DNA from: an uncultured Gammaproteobacteria bacterium
GTDB lineage: Bacteria > Patescibacteriota > Patescibacteriia > Patescibacteriales > WJLG01
DNA: 64,000 nucleotides
Reading direction: 5' to 3'
Assembly: GCA_964547855.1 (NCBI GenBank)
Contig: CAZJPG010000002.1
Location: forward strand, 41,797-105,796
Shown in pieces: positions 61,638-64,000 of the stretch (the stretch's first letter is position 1; each line of letters starts with the position of its first letter). Both the position numbers and the translations under genes were made by a program. Under the pieces are notes generated by a model, which worked only from the letters and a program-made list of their open reading frames with translations, did no database searches and was not told the origin of the DNA.

Positions 61638-62585
61638 ATGAACGAACACGAACTGTATCTTTCCGTGGCCGTCCCTGTCTATAACGAAGAGGGAGCTGTC
61701 GCCGACCTGCATGCCAAGATCTTGGCCGCTTGCCAAAAAATAAACAAACCTTTCGAGATCATCTTCGTCAATGATGGCTCATCTGATAAGACGGCCGAGA
61801 TATTGAAGACTCTTAAACCGGTCAAGGTGGTCAATTTCCGTAAGAACTTCGGACAGACCGCGGCTATGGATGCCGGCATAAAAGTCGCCAAGGGTTATTA
61901 TGTTGCCACTTTGGACGGCGACGGACAGAACGACCCGGCCGACATCGAACGCTTGATCGCTAAGTTGGAAGCCGATGATTTGGATGTCGTCTCTGGCTGG
62001 CGCAAGAATCGCAAAGATAAGTTCTTTAAGAAATTCTTCTCTCGCTGTGCCGCATTAGTCAGAAAGATACTTATCAACGACGGAATTCATGACAGCGGCT
62101 GCTCGCTTAAAGTCTATAAAAGAGAGTGCTTCAAACATATCGATTTGGCCGGTGAGATGCACCGTTTTATTCCAGCCATTCTTAAGATCAAGGGGTTTCA
62201 CGTCGGTGAGTTAGAGGTCGCTCATCACCCGCGTACGACCGGTAAGACCAAATACAACTTCAAGAGAGGATTTAAGGGGATTCTGGATATGATGTCTATC
62301 TGGTTCTGGAAGAAATATAATAGCCGCCCATTGCATTTCTTCGGTGGTATCGGCATCGCCTTGGTCTCTTTGTCTGTTTTCTCTGGCGTCGTCTCGGTCT
62401 ATCAGAAGATATTCATGCATCGCGACCTTTCCAATACTTCTTTTACTGAACTTTCGATGTTCGGTTTCATGATCGGTCTGCAGTTCTTCGTCTTCGGCTT
62501 AATTGCCGACATTCTCTCCAAGACCTATTTCAATGTCGCTAAAGACAAGGTCTATGACATTAAAGACGTAATCGAGAATAAATAA
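61638..62585 (+). CDS. GT2 polyprenol-phosphate glycosyltransferase (ArnC/GtrB/DPM-like)
   Basis: PVYNE, VNDGS.D, RKNFGQTAA, DGDGQNDP, DSGC; two C-terminal TM segments. Confidence 0.95.
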   Translation: MNEHELYLSVAVPVYNEEGAVADLHAKILAACQKINKPFEIIFVNDGSSDKTAEILKTLKPVKVVNFRKNFGQTAAMDAGIKVAKGYYVATLDGDGQNDPADIERLIAKLEADDLDVVSGWRKNRKDKFFKKFFSRCAALVRKILINDGIHDSGCSLKVYKRECFKHIDLAGEMHRFIPAILKIKGFHVGELEVAHHPRTTGKTKYNFKRGFKGILDMMSIWFWKKYNSRPLHFFGGIGIALVSLSVFSGVVSVYQKIFMHRDLSNTSFTELSMFGFMIGLQFFVFGLIADILSKTYFNVAKDKVYDIKDVIENK

Positions 62586-62645
62586 TCGATAATATAAAAA
62601 CAAGCCCCGCAAAGGCTTGTTTTTATATTTCTTCAAATCGATCTT

Positions 62646-62840
62646 TTATTCGGCTATGGTAAATGCTCCGTAGGCGCAACTTCTAACGCACAAACCGCAA
62701 GATATGCATTTCTCTTTGTCTATTTCCGGAGCGTTATATCCGTCCTGGTTTATGGCTCCTGCTGGGCAGGCTCCGACCAACGGACAAGCGTGGTTTTGTG
62801 GGCAAAGTTCTTTTTTTACGATGATATTGTTTTTGCTCAT
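62646..62840 (-). CDS. 4Fe-4S dicluster ferredoxin-like protein (start at MSKN)
   Basis: CPQNHACP..GACP and CISCGLCVRSC. Confidence 0.9.
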   Translation of the reverse strand: MSKNNIIVKKELCPQNHACPLVGACPAGAINQDGYNAPEIDKEKCISCGLCVRSCAYGAFTIAE

Positions 62841-63004
62841 ATTTTTTGTTGGGTATTTAATTATTTGCTTTTTGATAATACAACAATAAAGATTATTTAT
62901 CAATTTTTTAGAAAGCATTGATTTTAGATCTGATCATGAAATAAAAAAACCGCAAACCATTTTTTTGGGTTGCGGTTTCAAAGGACTCAGGCTTTACCGG
63001 TTTT

Positions 63005-63298
63005 CTAGATCTTGCTAAGGAAGTCTTCCGTGAAAGCGGAGAATCTTGAGACGTCTTCGAAATTATTGACATATCCGAATGAGGCCCTGATCGCCCCTAT
63101 CGGTTTCCCATCCGAGAATTCGGCCAGCTTCTCTATACTTATTTGATGAGGGAGAATTTTGTCGTTGTATATCTTCTCATAGACATTAATAGTGTAGCCG
63201 AACGTCTTTTCGTTGGCTCCGGGGTTGCAAAAACATCCTGTTCTTACGAATATCTTCTCCAAGTCGGCTGCTTTCTCAAATTCCCAAGCATTGATCAC
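63005..63298 (-). pseudogene. C-terminal fragment of a class V aminotransferase / Moco-sulfurase-like protein
   Basis: VRTGCFCNPGA and GAIRASFG....EDV motifs; the PLP-binding N-terminal part is absent, with an in-frame stop just upstream. Confidence 0.7.
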
Positions 63299-63317
63299 TT
63301 AAGTGATTCTCTTTGTT

Positions 63318-63656
63318 TCACTTAATAAACCGAACAATTGATTTTAGAACGAATTTAGGGGGTTTGAATTTAACATTGTCGCAAGCGATTTTGAAAGCCG
63401 CGCCAGGAATCTTTCCTTCGCTAATAACTTTCCTGTAGGCCTTTATCCATGGCTGGATCGTTATAGACAAAATGACATCGAGCACCAGCAATACCAGTAA
63501 TCCCCATAAAAATACATGGATAAAAACACTTCTGTAGGGCAAGTCTGCGAAAAGCATTACAATACCGGCTATTGTCAGGGAAGTGACGAACCAGAAAATG
63601 ACAACTACGAGAATTTCCTGGACTACCTGTTTGAAAACATTCTTTTTACGCATCAA
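63318..63656 (-). CDS. Small two-TM membrane protein
   Basis: AAGGAG SD, two hydrophobic segments. Confidence 0.7.
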   Translation of the reverse strand: MMRKKNVFKQVVQEILVVVIFWFVTSLTIAGIVMLFADLPYRSVFIHVFLWGLLVLLVLDVILSITIQPWIKAYRKVISEGKIPGAAFKIACDNVKFKPPKFVLKSIVRFIK

Positions 63657-63723
63657 GCACTCCTTCTTTTTTGTTCCGTCAAAACAAACTCCTAAATGTA
63701 AAAATGAATAAACTGTAAAATTA

Positions 63724-63999
63724 TCAGCGTGAAGATTTTATCTGATCGGCGTAAATATTAAGCCAGCCTTCTTTGTAGAACCAGTCTGGGGCTATGCTCC
63801 CGTTCAGCACACCTTCTTCTTTGAGGGTTTGATGCTCCCACACGCAGTAATGTTCGGAACCGCGGATCTCGCTGCTGCCGAATTGTTTTATGACCGGCGA
63901 GCTTAATCCTTTTTTATTCAAAACATTTTGCGGATGATCATAGGGTGGGTTGAATCCACCGCTGACAGAGATGTACTTATTCTCTTGATTCAGGGAGGC
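63724..63999 (-). CDS. 3' end of a CDS truncated by the window edge
   Basis: Reading frame stays open to the window end (…ISVSGGFNPPYDHPQNVLNKKG…). Confidence 0.55.
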   Translation of the reverse strand, partial: ASLNQENKYISVSGGFNPPYDHPQNVLNKKGLSSPVIKQFGSSEIRGSEHYCVWEHQTLKEEGVLNGSIAPDWFYKEGWLNIYADQIKSSR

Positions 64000-64000
64000 G

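Overview
A 64-kb chromosomal segment, most likely from a Patescibacteria/CPR bacterium (Parcubacteria- or Falkowbacteria-like). This is inferred from the gene set, a short TsaB, CPR-type surface proteins and the mostly Shine-Dalgarno-less core genes. Core content: ftsZ, class I aldolase, gpmI, L10 leader-rplJL, a complete F1Fo ATP synthase operon with a Na+-type c subunit, a surface-glycan locus, tsaB, mraZ-rsmH-ftsL-ftsI-murF, rfbA, rplU, recR-ybaB-dnaB, tRNA-Lys, tRNA-Thr, mtaB, galE and several large secreted proteins. No integrase, transposase or CRISPR array was seen. Five signals are not explained by standard annotation. (1) Four 138-140 nt folded elements with compensatory base changes and shared motifs, one at each of four consecutive gene junctions in the glycan locus (20.5-24.3 kb), arranged like a cassette array. 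(2) A dispersed set of orphan genes with strong SD sites, lipoboxes, dense D-[ST]-hydrophobic sequons and one barrel-like domain, resembling diderm (FCB-type) envelope proteins. (3) A promoter- and terminator-bounded, ~450 nt structured non-coding region beside dnaB. (4) A ~180 bp palindromic element at the tRNA-Lys 3' end. (5) A lipoprotein paralog triad with a homogenised core and divergent C-termini. All structures and alignments were read by eye; no database searches or folding programs were run.
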